A DNA stretch of 64,000 bases from Gammaproteobacteria bacterium. Lineage in GTDB: Bacteria; Pseudomonadota; Gammaproteobacteria; S012-40. The translations under genes and the position numbers were made by a program. The stretch is from contig CAKKRP010000043.1 in assembly GCA_919902765.1 (NCBI GenBank), positions 22,053 through 86,052 of the forward strand. The letters are read 5' to 3'. Positions 13,117-21,528 of this stretch are shown here, piece by piece (positions within the stretch are counted from its first letter, which is position 1; each line of letters begins with the position of its first letter). The notes below the pieces were generated by a model, which was not told the DNA's origin, searched no databases, and worked only from the letters and a program-made list of their open reading frames with translations.

Positions 13117-15555
13117 TCAACCAGGGTTATGCAATTTGGCATCAAAATCATCTACGCGTATCACTTCTAGACGCAATTTTTCGTATTTCTGCCAGAAATC
13201 ATATTCAGCCTGAGTAATGACTTTATTGTGCAATGCGGCCGCTACTACACTTGCAATATCATAACCTTGTATGCGTTTTTCCTTACGCGCAAGGTGAATT
13301 TTTTTATCAATAACATCAACCTCATTTACCATTCCCATCGCTGCCTCCAAGCGGCCCAACGGCTCTTGGGTATCTGTAGGTATGAAAATTCCCCGTGTGA
13401 GACGGTCGCGCACATCGGATTTTGACAGCAGCAAATGTGCCGCTTGATGGCCTTGATGATCGCTCGCCGGTTTAAATGTGCGGCCCCACGGAAAGCACAA
13501 AAACTTCAATATGGTAGCGAGCATTCGATTTGGAAAGTTTGCCAAAATCCCATATATAGCGTCTTGCGCCAGAAACAGCAGATCATTACACGCCCAATGC
13601 AATAGCGGCAGTTCATCGGTGCGACGGCCTTGAGACTCAAAGTGTTTAAGCGTGGCCGAAAGGAGATATAACGCGCTCAGAACGTCGCCTAGACGAGCGG
13701 AAATTTTTTCTTTACGCTTTAACGCCCCGCCAAAATATAACATTGCGACATCGGATGTCAAGGCGAACACGCTACACAAGCGCGTCACATGTTGAAAATA
13801 CCGTCCCGCCGCACCGCCGGTGACACTGGGCGCCAGACGTGCGCCGGTTAACCCCATAAACAGCGCGCGCGCCGCATTGCTAATCACGAACAATATATGA
13901 TTCACAAATGCATGATCAAAATCTCGCGCCGCGCGTTTACGATCTTTATCTTGCGCCGCCTGCATCTCCTTTAAAATATAGGGATGGCAACGTATCGCGC
14001 CTTGTCCATAAATAATCAGCGAACGCGTGAGGATATTCGCGCCTTCGACGGTAATGCTAATGGGAATGGATTGATATATCTTGCCTAGTAAATTGCGTGG
14101 CCCTAGGCATATTCCGCCGCCACCATGAATATCCATCGCATCGTTGACTGCACGGCGCAGACGTTCGGTAAGATTGAATTTTAAAATCGCCGAAATCACC
14201 GACGGCTTTTCGCCCGCATCCAATGCGCCACAGCTCAATACGCGCGCCGCATCCATCATGTATGTGTATCCGGCGATGCGCGCCAGCGGTTCTTCTATGC
14301 CTTCGAACATGCCTATCGGTGTTTTAAATTGTTTGCGCACACGTCCGTATGCACCCATCGTCCGCCCCGAGTATTTCGCTCCACCGACGCTTAACGCGGG
14401 TAATGAAATGGCGCGACCGGCGGCCAAACATTCCATCAGCATGCGCCATCCTTGACCGGCTTGTTGCGCGCCGCCGATAATCCAATCGATGGGAATAAAC
14501 ACGTCTTTGCCAGAATTCGGGCCATTTTGAAATGCGATGTTTAACGGGTTGTGACGACGACCGATGTTGACGCCGGGGTGCTTGGTTGGAATCAAGACGC
14601 AGGTAATGCCCGGTTCTTCCGCGCTGCCGAGGAGATGTTCGGGGTCGTATAATTTAATCGCCAAGCCTAGCAAAGTCGCCACTGGTCCGAGCGTGATATA
14701 GCGTTTGTCCCAGGTCACGCGCATGCCGAGCACATTTTTTTGGCCGTCGAAATCGCCACGGCAGACGATGCCATAATCCGGAATCGAACTGGCGTCGCTA
14801 CCGGCCTCCGGGCTGGTCAAGGCAAAACAGGGGACTTCTAACCCCGTAGCGAGGCGCGGTAAATAATAGTCTTTTTGTTCTTTCGTGCCATAGTGCAGCA
14901 ACAATTCCGCAGGGCCTAACGAATTGGGAACCATCACCGTCACGGCGCTGGCGATACTACGGCTCGCAATCTTCATCACCACGCTGGAATGACCCAGCGC
15001 GGTAAACGCCAGGCCACCATATTCTTTAGGTATAATCATACCGAAAAATTTATTTTGTTTAATAAACTGCCATACCTCGGGCGACAGGTCCATGTCTTCA
15101 TGATTGATTTTATAATCATCAATCATCTTGCACAGTTGTTCTACCGGGCCGTCTAAAAAGGCCTGTTCTTGCGCATTCAGCGACGGATAATCGTATTTCA
15201 GCAATTTATTCCACGCCGGGCGTCCACTGAATAATTCCGCATCCCACCAAATACTTCCCGCCTCTATGGCCTCGCGTTCGGTGCGCGACATCGGCGGCAG
15301 GATGCGTCGAAATAGGGATAAAACGGGGGTGGTGATTAAACGCCTAAATAAAGGGACGTTCGCGAATAGGGCGAACACCAAAAATGCGCTTATGACGATA
15401 GATTGATCAGCGAGATTGACGTTTCCGCTCCATGCGCAATATGCGATGGCGAGCGCGATGCCGAGGGTCCAAACAAAAATTGTCGCTCGAAAATATGCCA
15501 GCACCCATATTGTCGCTATTACCGCTGTAATTGTTAGGTAAATAGGCATGATCAC
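13117..15555 (-). CDS. fadE: Acyl-CoA dehydrogenase FadE (long, membrane-anchored form)
   Basis: 812 aa (E. coli FadE is 814 aa); N-terminal hydrophobic segment, central acyl-CoA dehydrogenase fold (…ALTSPEAGSDA…), first gene of the minus-strand beta-oxidation operon. Confidence 0.8.
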   Translation of the reverse strand: MIMPIYLTITAVIATIWVLAYFRATIFVWTLGIALAIAYCAWSGNVNLADQSIVISAFLVFALFANVPLFRRLITTPVLSLFRRILPPMSRTEREAIEAGSIWWDAELFSGRPAWNKLLKYDYPSLNAQEQAFLDGPVEQLCKMIDDYKINHEDMDLSPEVWQFIKQNKFFGMIIPKEYGGLAFTALGHSSVVMKIASRSIASAVTVMVPNSLGPAELLLHYGTKEQKDYYLPRLATGLEVPCFALTSPEAGSDASSIPDYGIVCRGDFDGQKNVLGMRVTWDKRYITLGPVATLLGLAIKLYDPEHLLGSAEEPGITCVLIPTKHPGVNIGRRHNPLNIAFQNGPNSGKDVFIPIDWIIGGAQQAGQGWRMLMECLAAGRAISLPALSVGGAKYSGRTMGAYGRVRKQFKTPIGMFEGIEEPLARIAGYTYMMDAARVLSCGALDAGEKPSVISAILKFNLTERLRRAVNDAMDIHGGGGICLGPRNLLGKIYQSIPISITVEGANILTRSLIIYGQGAIRCHPYILKEMQAAQDKDRKRAARDFDHAFVNHILFVISNAARALFMGLTGARLAPSVTGGAAGRYFQHVTRLCSVFALTSDVAMLYFGGALKRKEKISARLGDVLSALYLLSATLKHFESQGRRTDELPLLHWACNDLLFLAQDAIYGILANFPNRMLATILKFLCFPWGRTFKPASDHQGHQAAHLLLSKSDVRDRLTRGIFIPTDTQEPLGRLEAAMGMVNEVDVIDKKIHLARKEKRIQGYDIASVVAAALHNKVITQAEYDFWQKYEKLRLEVIRVDDFDAKLHNPG

Positions 15556-15671
15556 GAACCTCCTGTTGCCAAAAAATCGTCAATCTTAGACATACTTATC
15601 CCTGGCCCTGGTATATTGGACAGGGATTGTTCGCTATTAGCGGCGATCAGTTATAAAATCTTAAGCCTATT

Positions 15672-16436
15672 ATGCAGTTAGCGCAATTTTTATTACGCAT
15701 TTATAGAGTTGCTAGAGGATATCGCATGCGACAGGCCGGTCACAGCACGCAAATCAAGCTATTGATCGCCGTGCTTGGTTGTTTGGGATGGCGCATGGTG
15801 GTTGGGGAAACGCTGGGTGATGGACGCCAAGCTTATCTACGCCGTGATTACGCCAAGGCCATGCGTATATTATTGCCGCAGGCGCAGCAAGGTATCGCCA
15901 AGGCGCAAATATTGGTCGGCCGCATGCATTTGGACAATGCGGGCGTCAAAATAGATGTGGGCCAAGCCTTGATGTGGTTTCAAGCGGCCGCCATGCAGGG
16001 GGATGGCGAGGGGCAGGTGGCCTATGCGCATATGTTTCATAATGGACAGGGGACTAAGCGCGATTTTGCGCAGGCCTTGCGTTGGTACAATGAAGCGGCG
16101 TTGCAAGGCGATGCGGAAGCGGCCTATGAGTTGGCCAATATGTATGCGGCGGGTGAGGGTACGCGACAAGATTTTACGGTTGCAACACGCTGGTATCACG
16201 CGGCTGCGGAAAAAAAACATGCCAGCGCCATGTTTCGTTTGGGTGTCGCCCATGCGGAAGGCCGAGGAATCGTACGTGATTATATAAACGCCTATGTTTA
16301 CCTTAAATTAGCGGAAAAATTCGGGGTCGCCAAGGCGCGTGCGGCGCTGAATGTGGTGACGCCTAATTTGACAAAAAAAGACTTAGCAACCGCTAAGCAA
16401 CGCATACAATTGTGGTTGAACGGACATCCTGCATAA
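15672..16436 (+). CDS. Sel1-repeat (TPR-like) protein
   Basis: Repeated about 36-aa units (…AQ.LVG.MH..G.GV..D…A..WF..AA.QGD..GQ…) typical of Sel1/HcpA-like repeats. The start may be an internal Met. Confidence 0.8.
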   Translation: MQLAQFLLRIYRVARGYRMRQAGHSTQIKLLIAVLGCLGWRMVVGETLGDGRQAYLRRDYAKAMRILLPQAQQGIAKAQILVGRMHLDNAGVKIDVGQALMWFQAAAMQGDGEGQVAYAHMFHNGQGTKRDFAQALRWYNEAALQGDAEAAYELANMYAAGEGTRQDFTVATRWYHAAAEKKHASAMFRLGVAHAEGRGIVRDYINAYVYLKLAEKFGVAKARAALNVVTPNLTKKDLATAKQRIQLWLNGHPA

Positions 16437-16549
16437 AAACGCCGCATATTAGTCATCTAAAGGCCCAATTAAGTCTGGACGACAAGTTACCCGAGACAAC
16501 TATTGTCCAACACTTTCGCGATGTTTAAATTCAAAAAGCAGGGGTTAGT

Positions 16550-17335
16550 ATGGATTTCCTGACGCAATTGCGACGCACATATATTGGCGAGCTGCCGGAA
16601 AGACTAAATTTATTGGAAGCGGATCTGCTCGCCGTTGAAAGCGTCGGCGACCCCGTTGGTGAAGTATACAACGCCATTTTTCGCAATGTCCATAGCATGA
16701 AAGGCAGCGGCGGCACCTACGGATTTTTTATCATCACCGCAATTTGTCATAAATTTGAAGATTATTTAACGTCGGCGTGCGGCGAAGGTACGCCGCATCT
16801 AAAAAAAGAAATAATCCCGAATTGTTTGCAATTCGTCGATCTGTTGCAAGAAGCCGCCGTCATCGGGATGCAGGGTCAAGATAATTTTAGCGCCCTCGAA
16901 CAAAAATTGGCGGCGCTTACGGATAAATTTATAACCAATACCCGACGCACGGCGATGATAGTCACCAATTCAAAATATATCGGGGGATTTTGTCAACGAA
17001 TCGCCGGTGAGTTGGGGGTCAAGGTGCAGCTTTCCGATAATAGTTATAACGCATTATTGCAATTGCTTTCGGCACCGTACGATATATTAATCACCGGCGC
17101 GGAAATGCCGTTGTTGACAGGTCGCGCATTAGTGGCGGCGGTAAAATTATCGGGACGAGCCGGTAAATCCACGCACACAATTTTGATTACAGCCAACACT
17201 GAAATTCTACAACAAGGCAATCGCAACACCGATCCAGATTACGTCCTATTAAAGGATGCAGACCTCGGATACCACCTAGAACAGTCTTTGCGCGCCATAT
17301 TGACTGCGGACGCGCGCAAAAAAATGGCCGGGTAA
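16550..17335 (+). CDS. Hpt-domain phosphotransfer protein with a C-terminal receiver-like (REC-like, possibly degenerate) domain
   Basis: N-terminal Hpt signature …FRNVHSMKGSGGTYGF… (phospho-His in the HSxKG context). C-terminal about 120 aa has a receiver-like alpha/beta pattern (…MIVTNS…ILITGAEMPLLTG…ILITAN…). Sits immediately upstream of the exopolysaccharide locus. Confidence 0.5.
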   Translation: MDFLTQLRRTYIGELPERLNLLEADLLAVESVGDPVGEVYNAIFRNVHSMKGSGGTYGFFIITAICHKFEDYLTSACGEGTPHLKKEIIPNCLQFVDLLQEAAVIGMQGQDNFSALEQKLAALTDKFITNTRRTAMIVTNSKYIGGFCQRIAGELGVKVQLSDNSYNALLQLLSAPYDILITGAEMPLLTGRALVAAVKLSGRAGKSTHTILITANTEILQQGNRNTDPDYVLLKDADLGYHLEQSLRAILTADARKKMAG

Positions 17336-17825
17336 GGATAGATAAATCTATCTGAAGGCGAGTTCATCGAGTGGCATCGGAAACATTGCCTTAAATCATA
17401 GAGTTAGCGCTTAGCGCTAAAGGTGTGTCTAATTTGACATAATATACATTATGCGTAGTATTACGACATGCCTAGGGCGCCTGCAAAACAAAGCGTAAAG
17501 AGCGTTGGGTTTCTGATGTTTCCAGGCCCAAATGCAACCAAAATGTTTCGCGCGACGTTTACTACACAGAGTCGCCAACGAAATTGTGTCTGAAATTGGA
17601 GACAGACACCCCTTGCGAAGACCGTCATATGCCTAATTTTAGCGAAGCGAAAAATAATGCCATTGGTCGTTCGTCTCTAATTAGAGACAGTTGTTTAAAT
17701 TTGATGCATTTGTTAAATTGCAAGCCCGTACAATAACAAACAAATTCCTTTTTAAGAAGTGGATGGCCTGGCCGGACACGGCTCAGTAGAAATTCCGTGA
17801 TCCCGAAAATTTAGGTGGAGTTCTC
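17336..17825. promoter_or_regulatory. 490-bp palindrome-rich intergenic/regulatory region upstream of the PilZ-GT2 synthase gene
   Basis: Contains a tandem AGCGCT-t-AGCGCT palindrome (17407-17419), GTGTCTAATTTGACAT (17425-17440), hairpin GTGTCTGaaattggagaCAGACAC (17586-17609) and the perfect 16-bp palindrome GTCTCTAATTAGAGAC (17673-17688). RBS-like GGTGGAG lies before the ATG at 17826. Confidence 0.4.
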
Positions 17826-19448
17826 ATGCCCAAAGTCGCTCACCTCGCTAGCGTTAACACCGATAGACGCGCATCACCACGACATAAAACCAATATCGCC
17901 TTGAAAATACGGCGTCAGGGCATGCTCGGTAAAAAAATATTGCACGGTAAAATCGTCGAACACAGCGAATACGGTGCGCAGTTAGTCGTCAAACAGCCGC
18001 TAAATAACGGCGATAAAATATATTTAGAATGGTCGAACGTAGTCGATGCGCGCAATGGAAACGCAGTCGATGCCGCCATTGCCGGTAAGGCGTCCGCCGT
18101 GGTGGTGCGTCAGATTTCTGCGTTAAATAACGGAAATAATCAAACATTACGCAGCGTTGGCGTCGCCTTGGATGTTGATCCGCCATTACGTAAGACGCGT
18201 CTGTTAGATAAGCTTACCTATGCCCTGCTTTGCGTGTTATTCGTATCGATCACCGCAAACATCGTATATTTAAAAGAGGTTAATGTAGAGTATTTTTGGT
18301 ATCAACCGTTTTTAAATATATATAGCTTAGTCGTTTCATTTTTTATTTTATCGAGATTCTTTTTGGCTATTTTTTATAGGCCGCCGAGCGATGTTCCTGG
18401 GTATTTGCCGACCGTTTCGGTCATTGTCGCTTGCAAAAATGAAGAAGACTCCATAGGGCGAACGTTGGATTGCATTTACGAATCCAATTACCCCTTGCAT
18501 CGTATGCAGGTCATCGCGGTCAACGATGGTTCTACGGATAGAACCTTGCAGGAAATGTTTAATGCGAAGCAACGCAATCCATCATTGATGGTTATAAATT
18601 TCGAAAAGAACCTCGGTAAGCGTCACGGCATGGCGGCAGGCGCGCGCGCAGCGACCGGCGAGATTTTGGTGTATATCGATTCAGACAGCTTTGTGCGAAA
18701 AAACACTATATACAAGATTGTGCAGGGCTTCCATGATGAAAGCGTGGGCGCCGTTTGTGGACACGCCGACGTACAAAACGCCAAAATAAACGCCCTGACA
18801 AAAATGCAGGACGTTCGATATTATATCGCCTTCCGCATTGTAAAGGCGGCGGAATCTATATTTTCCGCCGTTTCCTGTTGTTCCGGTTGTTTGGCGGCCT
18901 ATCGTCGTAGCTATGTACGTCCCATCTTGGATGTGTGGCTCAACCAAACCTTTATGGGGCAATCGGCGACATTTGGCGACGACCGTAGTTTGACTAATTA
19001 CATGTTGCGGCGCTACCGCGTGATTTACCATGCGGAGGCAATTTGCGCTACGATAGTGCCGGAAACGTATCGCGTTTTTTTTCGCCAGCAGCTACGCTGG
19101 AAAAAGTCATGGATACGCGAATGCTTCATCGCCTGCACATTTATGTGGCGCCGCCATCCGATGGCGGCGTTTTTCTTTTACCTTAGTGTGATATTTCCGT
19201 TGATGGCACCCGTCATCGTTTTTAATGCCGTCGCCATGCCTATTTTTTCCGGCACGATGGTCTCATTTGTGTACATATATGGGGCAATGCTTATTGCGGC
19301 GCTGAGCGGTGTGGTGTATTACGCCAAACATCGTGATAGCGTTTGGGTGTATGGTATGCATTTTACGCTATTCTATATGGCATTTTTGGTATGGCAAACT
19401 TATTACGCGCTGCTGACCGTTAGAAAAAATCATTGGGGCACACGTTAA
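17826..19448 (+). CDS. PilZ-domain-fused processive family-2 glycosyltransferase (chitin/PNAG/hyaluronan-synthase-like exopolysaccharide synthase)
   Basis: N-terminal about 120 aa has PilZ motifs (RRASPR = RxxxR; …EHSEYG… = (D/N/E)xSxxG). It is followed by TM helices and a GT2 domain (VSVIVACKNEE…, DGSTDRT, DSD 'DXD'). The processive-synthase QxxRW motif is present (FRQQLRWKKSW), and C-terminal TM helices follow. Confidence 0.7.
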   Translation: MPKVAHLASVNTDRRASPRHKTNIALKIRRQGMLGKKILHGKIVEHSEYGAQLVVKQPLNNGDKIYLEWSNVVDARNGNAVDAAIAGKASAVVVRQISALNNGNNQTLRSVGVALDVDPPLRKTRLLDKLTYALLCVLFVSITANIVYLKEVNVEYFWYQPFLNIYSLVVSFFILSRFFLAIFYRPPSDVPGYLPTVSVIVACKNEEDSIGRTLDCIYESNYPLHRMQVIAVNDGSTDRTLQEMFNAKQRNPSLMVINFEKNLGKRHGMAAGARAATGEILVYIDSDSFVRKNTIYKIVQGFHDESVGAVCGHADVQNAKINALTKMQDVRYYIAFRIVKAAESIFSAVSCCSGCLAAYRRSYVRPILDVWLNQTFMGQSATFGDDRSLTNYMLRRYRVIYHAEAICATIVPETYRVFFRQQLRWKKSWIRECFIACTFMWRRHPMAAFFFYLSVIFPLMAPVIVFNAVAMPIFSGTMVSFVYIYGAMLIAALSGVVYYAKHRDSVWVYGMHFTLFYMAFLVWQTYYALLTVRKNHWGTR

Positions 19449-21340
19449 GCCGCATGGGAAACGATAATGAAGCATTGAAGGCCCGAACTTTCGCTAAAGA
19501 CCGGCGCGCGTGGTTGATTTTGGTTATTGCAATAATAATTTCCGCGCTGTGGCTATATAACGATATACACACTATCGCCCACCCTCCCCCGGTTGCGCAT
19601 AGCGTGGTAGCGGAAAATGCGTCGCTAGCGGCGCTCTCCTACGGTCGGATAGTTGAAGAGCGCGACGGGCAAAATATTACTATCGCACAGTTGAAGGATC
19701 AATTAACCGCGCTCGCGCATGAGGGATATAAAACTATCTCGATGAGCGAGTTACGCGCGTTGCTGAGTGAAGGGAAAGGTATACCGCCTAAGTCATTGGT
19801 ATTGGTTTTTGAATATGGGTACCTAGATTATTTTCGTTTAGTGGATCCGTTGCTAGAACATTTAGGTTGGCGGGCCACCGTGTCTTTATTAACGACGCGA
19901 CAACAAGCCCACGACACGACGTATTTGTATTGGGATAGGCTGCGCAAAATGGTGAATTCCGGACGCTGGGAGATCGCTACAATGGGCCATAAAAGCATGG
20001 ATACCGTGCCGATTGACGGATCGGGGAACGTTGGCCGCTTTGCGTTTGATCGAGCTTGGCTGGCACAAAATAATCGTTTGGAATCGGATGAAGAGATGTC
20101 CAAACGTATCGTTAACGATTTCGATAAAAGCAGGTCATATATCGAGAAACAGGGATTCGACGCGATTGCAACGAGTTACCCGTTCGGTTTGTCGATGCCG
20201 GTGGCATCGAAAATCATTCATCAATTTGAGATGGAAAATATAAACAATGTTAAACCGAAATTGGCGTTTATAAACAATATCATGGGGCTGAACGATCATT
20301 ATTCAAATCCGGTTAGACTGAATAAACTGCATATCGCTCGGTCGTGGACGGGGAAAGTGTTGTTGGATAGGATACAGGTTACCACCCGTCCCACTTTGGA
20401 TTTAGGACACAACGTTTGGTTGGCGGATCGCGGCGATATGATAAATAACCCACATCATTTGACGCTTACCGGCGGTCAAACAAATAGCCTGTGGTTAGCG
20501 GGTAGTCAATGGGCGGGTTGTTGGAAGTTCAGCGCAAAGGTGCGCGCTAAGCATGGCGAATGGTGGATATCCCAAAGGGATTGGTCTACCGGAGCGGAAT
20601 GGCGATTTGGCGGAGGTGCTGAAGGTTTATCTATTAGACTTACCTCGCCGCAAGGTGAGGTATTAAGCGTTGCCCAAGCGGCGGGCGTCGGTTTATCGGC
20701 GACCGCGACGAGTTTAAGCATTATTAAACGTGGCGCCGGTGTTTGGATAGAACTGAATAGCCAGCCGTTATTCTCTATGCCGCAATATTTGCAAACAGCG
20801 ATACGTGGGGAAATGGGGATGTCGGCGTGGGCGTCTTCAGGCGAAGCGGACGTATATATCGACGATGTAAATTATTCGACCTTGCCATGCACAACGCTGG
20901 CGATTAACGGAAATCCATCGGAAGCGGAACTACAGACTCTCGCCGATGCCGCAGCCAATTTGGAGGCGATCAATGTACCCGTTTATGAAATAAATGGGAG
21001 CGCAATGAGAGCGCTTCCGTTAGATCAAGATTTATTACGTGTAATCGCCCATCGTTATGCGTTATCTATAGTCGCAGATATCAAAGTAAATACACAAAAT
21101 ACCGATGCTGAAAATTACCAGGCATGGATGGATAAAGTCATCATTCAAATAACACCTCAAGAATGGCGGGGTCTGGCGTTGCGGGTTGATGTGGCGGATC
21201 AAACGAAATGGTCACCCGCGTGGGTTGCTACGCTTGAAAAATTGCGGCAGCGCGCCAAAGGAATAGGCAAGGTTGTTGAAATAAACGATTCCGATATGCT
21301 GAGAAAAAGTCAACAAAGCGCGATTTCCGGTATTTACTAA
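19433..21340 (+). CDS. Membrane-anchored polysaccharide-deacetylase-like (CE4/PgaB-like) protein with divergent catalytic motifs plus a C-terminal beta-rich domain
   Basis: N-terminal TM helix, then a CE4-like segment (…SLVLVFEYGYLDYFRLVDPLLEHLGWRATVSLLT…) where the canonical TFDDG Asp-Asp is replaced by FEYG and the His motif by …ATMGHKS. About 350 aa of unassigned beta-rich sequence follows. Overlaps the upstream synthase gene by 16 nt (operonic). Confidence 0.5.
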   Translation: MGHTLSRMGNDNEALKARTFAKDRRAWLILVIAIIISALWLYNDIHTIAHPPPVAHSVVAENASLAALSYGRIVEERDGQNITIAQLKDQLTALAHEGYKTISMSELRALLSEGKGIPPKSLVLVFEYGYLDYFRLVDPLLEHLGWRATVSLLTTRQQAHDTTYLYWDRLRKMVNSGRWEIATMGHKSMDTVPIDGSGNVGRFAFDRAWLAQNNRLESDEEMSKRIVNDFDKSRSYIEKQGFDAIATSYPFGLSMPVASKIIHQFEMENINNVKPKLAFINNIMGLNDHYSNPVRLNKLHIARSWTGKVLLDRIQVTTRPTLDLGHNVWLADRGDMINNPHHLTLTGGQTNSLWLAGSQWAGCWKFSAKVRAKHGEWWISQRDWSTGAEWRFGGGAEGLSIRLTSPQGEVLSVAQAAGVGLSATATSLSIIKRGAGVWIELNSQPLFSMPQYLQTAIRGEMGMSAWASSGEADVYIDDVNYSTLPCTTLAINGNPSEAELQTLADAAANLEAINVPVYEINGSAMRALPLDQDLLRVIAHRYALSIVADIKVNTQNTDAENYQAWMDKVIIQITPQEWRGLALRVDVADQTKWSPAWVATLEKLRQRAKGIGKVVEINDSDMLRKSQQSAISGIY

Positions 21341-21347
21341 GAACTAC

Positions 21348-21457
21348 GTCAATAAAGCCACATACCTGTCGGCGGGACGCCGTGAATACGTCCCTGTAGG
21401 CTTGACGGCGGCATCCCTGCCGCCGACACCCGCCGACAGGTATGTGGCTTTATTGAC
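21348..21457. repeat. Perfect 29-bp inverted repeat (long hairpin) with a 52-nt structured loop, between the deacetylase-like gene and the TPR-porin gene
   Basis: GTCAATAAAGCCACATACCTGTCGGCGGG (21348-21376) and its exact reverse complement CCCGCCGACAGGTATGTGGCTTTATTGAC (21429-21457). The loop contains a nested GGCGGC…GCCGCC inverted repeat and a tandem CCGCCGACA duplication. Confidence 0.6.
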
Positions 21458-21528
21458 GACAACATTAGTAAGTTGGTTTTGTGCAAGTAATGTTTGCGGT
21501 GTTATTGTCCTTTTATGAGTAACGTATC

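Noticed and set aside
9828-13170. Many 60-150-aa ORFs on the plus strand across the fadJ/fadI/fadE genes
   Set aside because: They are antisense to three long, motif-supported minus-strand genes.
17336-17380. GATAGATaaaTCTATC hairpin right after the Hpt-like gene as an intrinsic terminator
   Set aside because: It is a 7-bp stem, but it is not followed by a U-tract, so the terminator call is weak.
17336-17825. Possible small RNA or tRNA in the 490-bp intergenic region, and also in 38830-39281 and 60574-61222
   Set aside because: I found no cloverleaf-compatible sequence (no GTTC-type T-loop context with an acceptor stem) by eye. These regions look like palindrome-rich regulatory or MITE sequence. 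This cannot be excluded without a covariance-model search.
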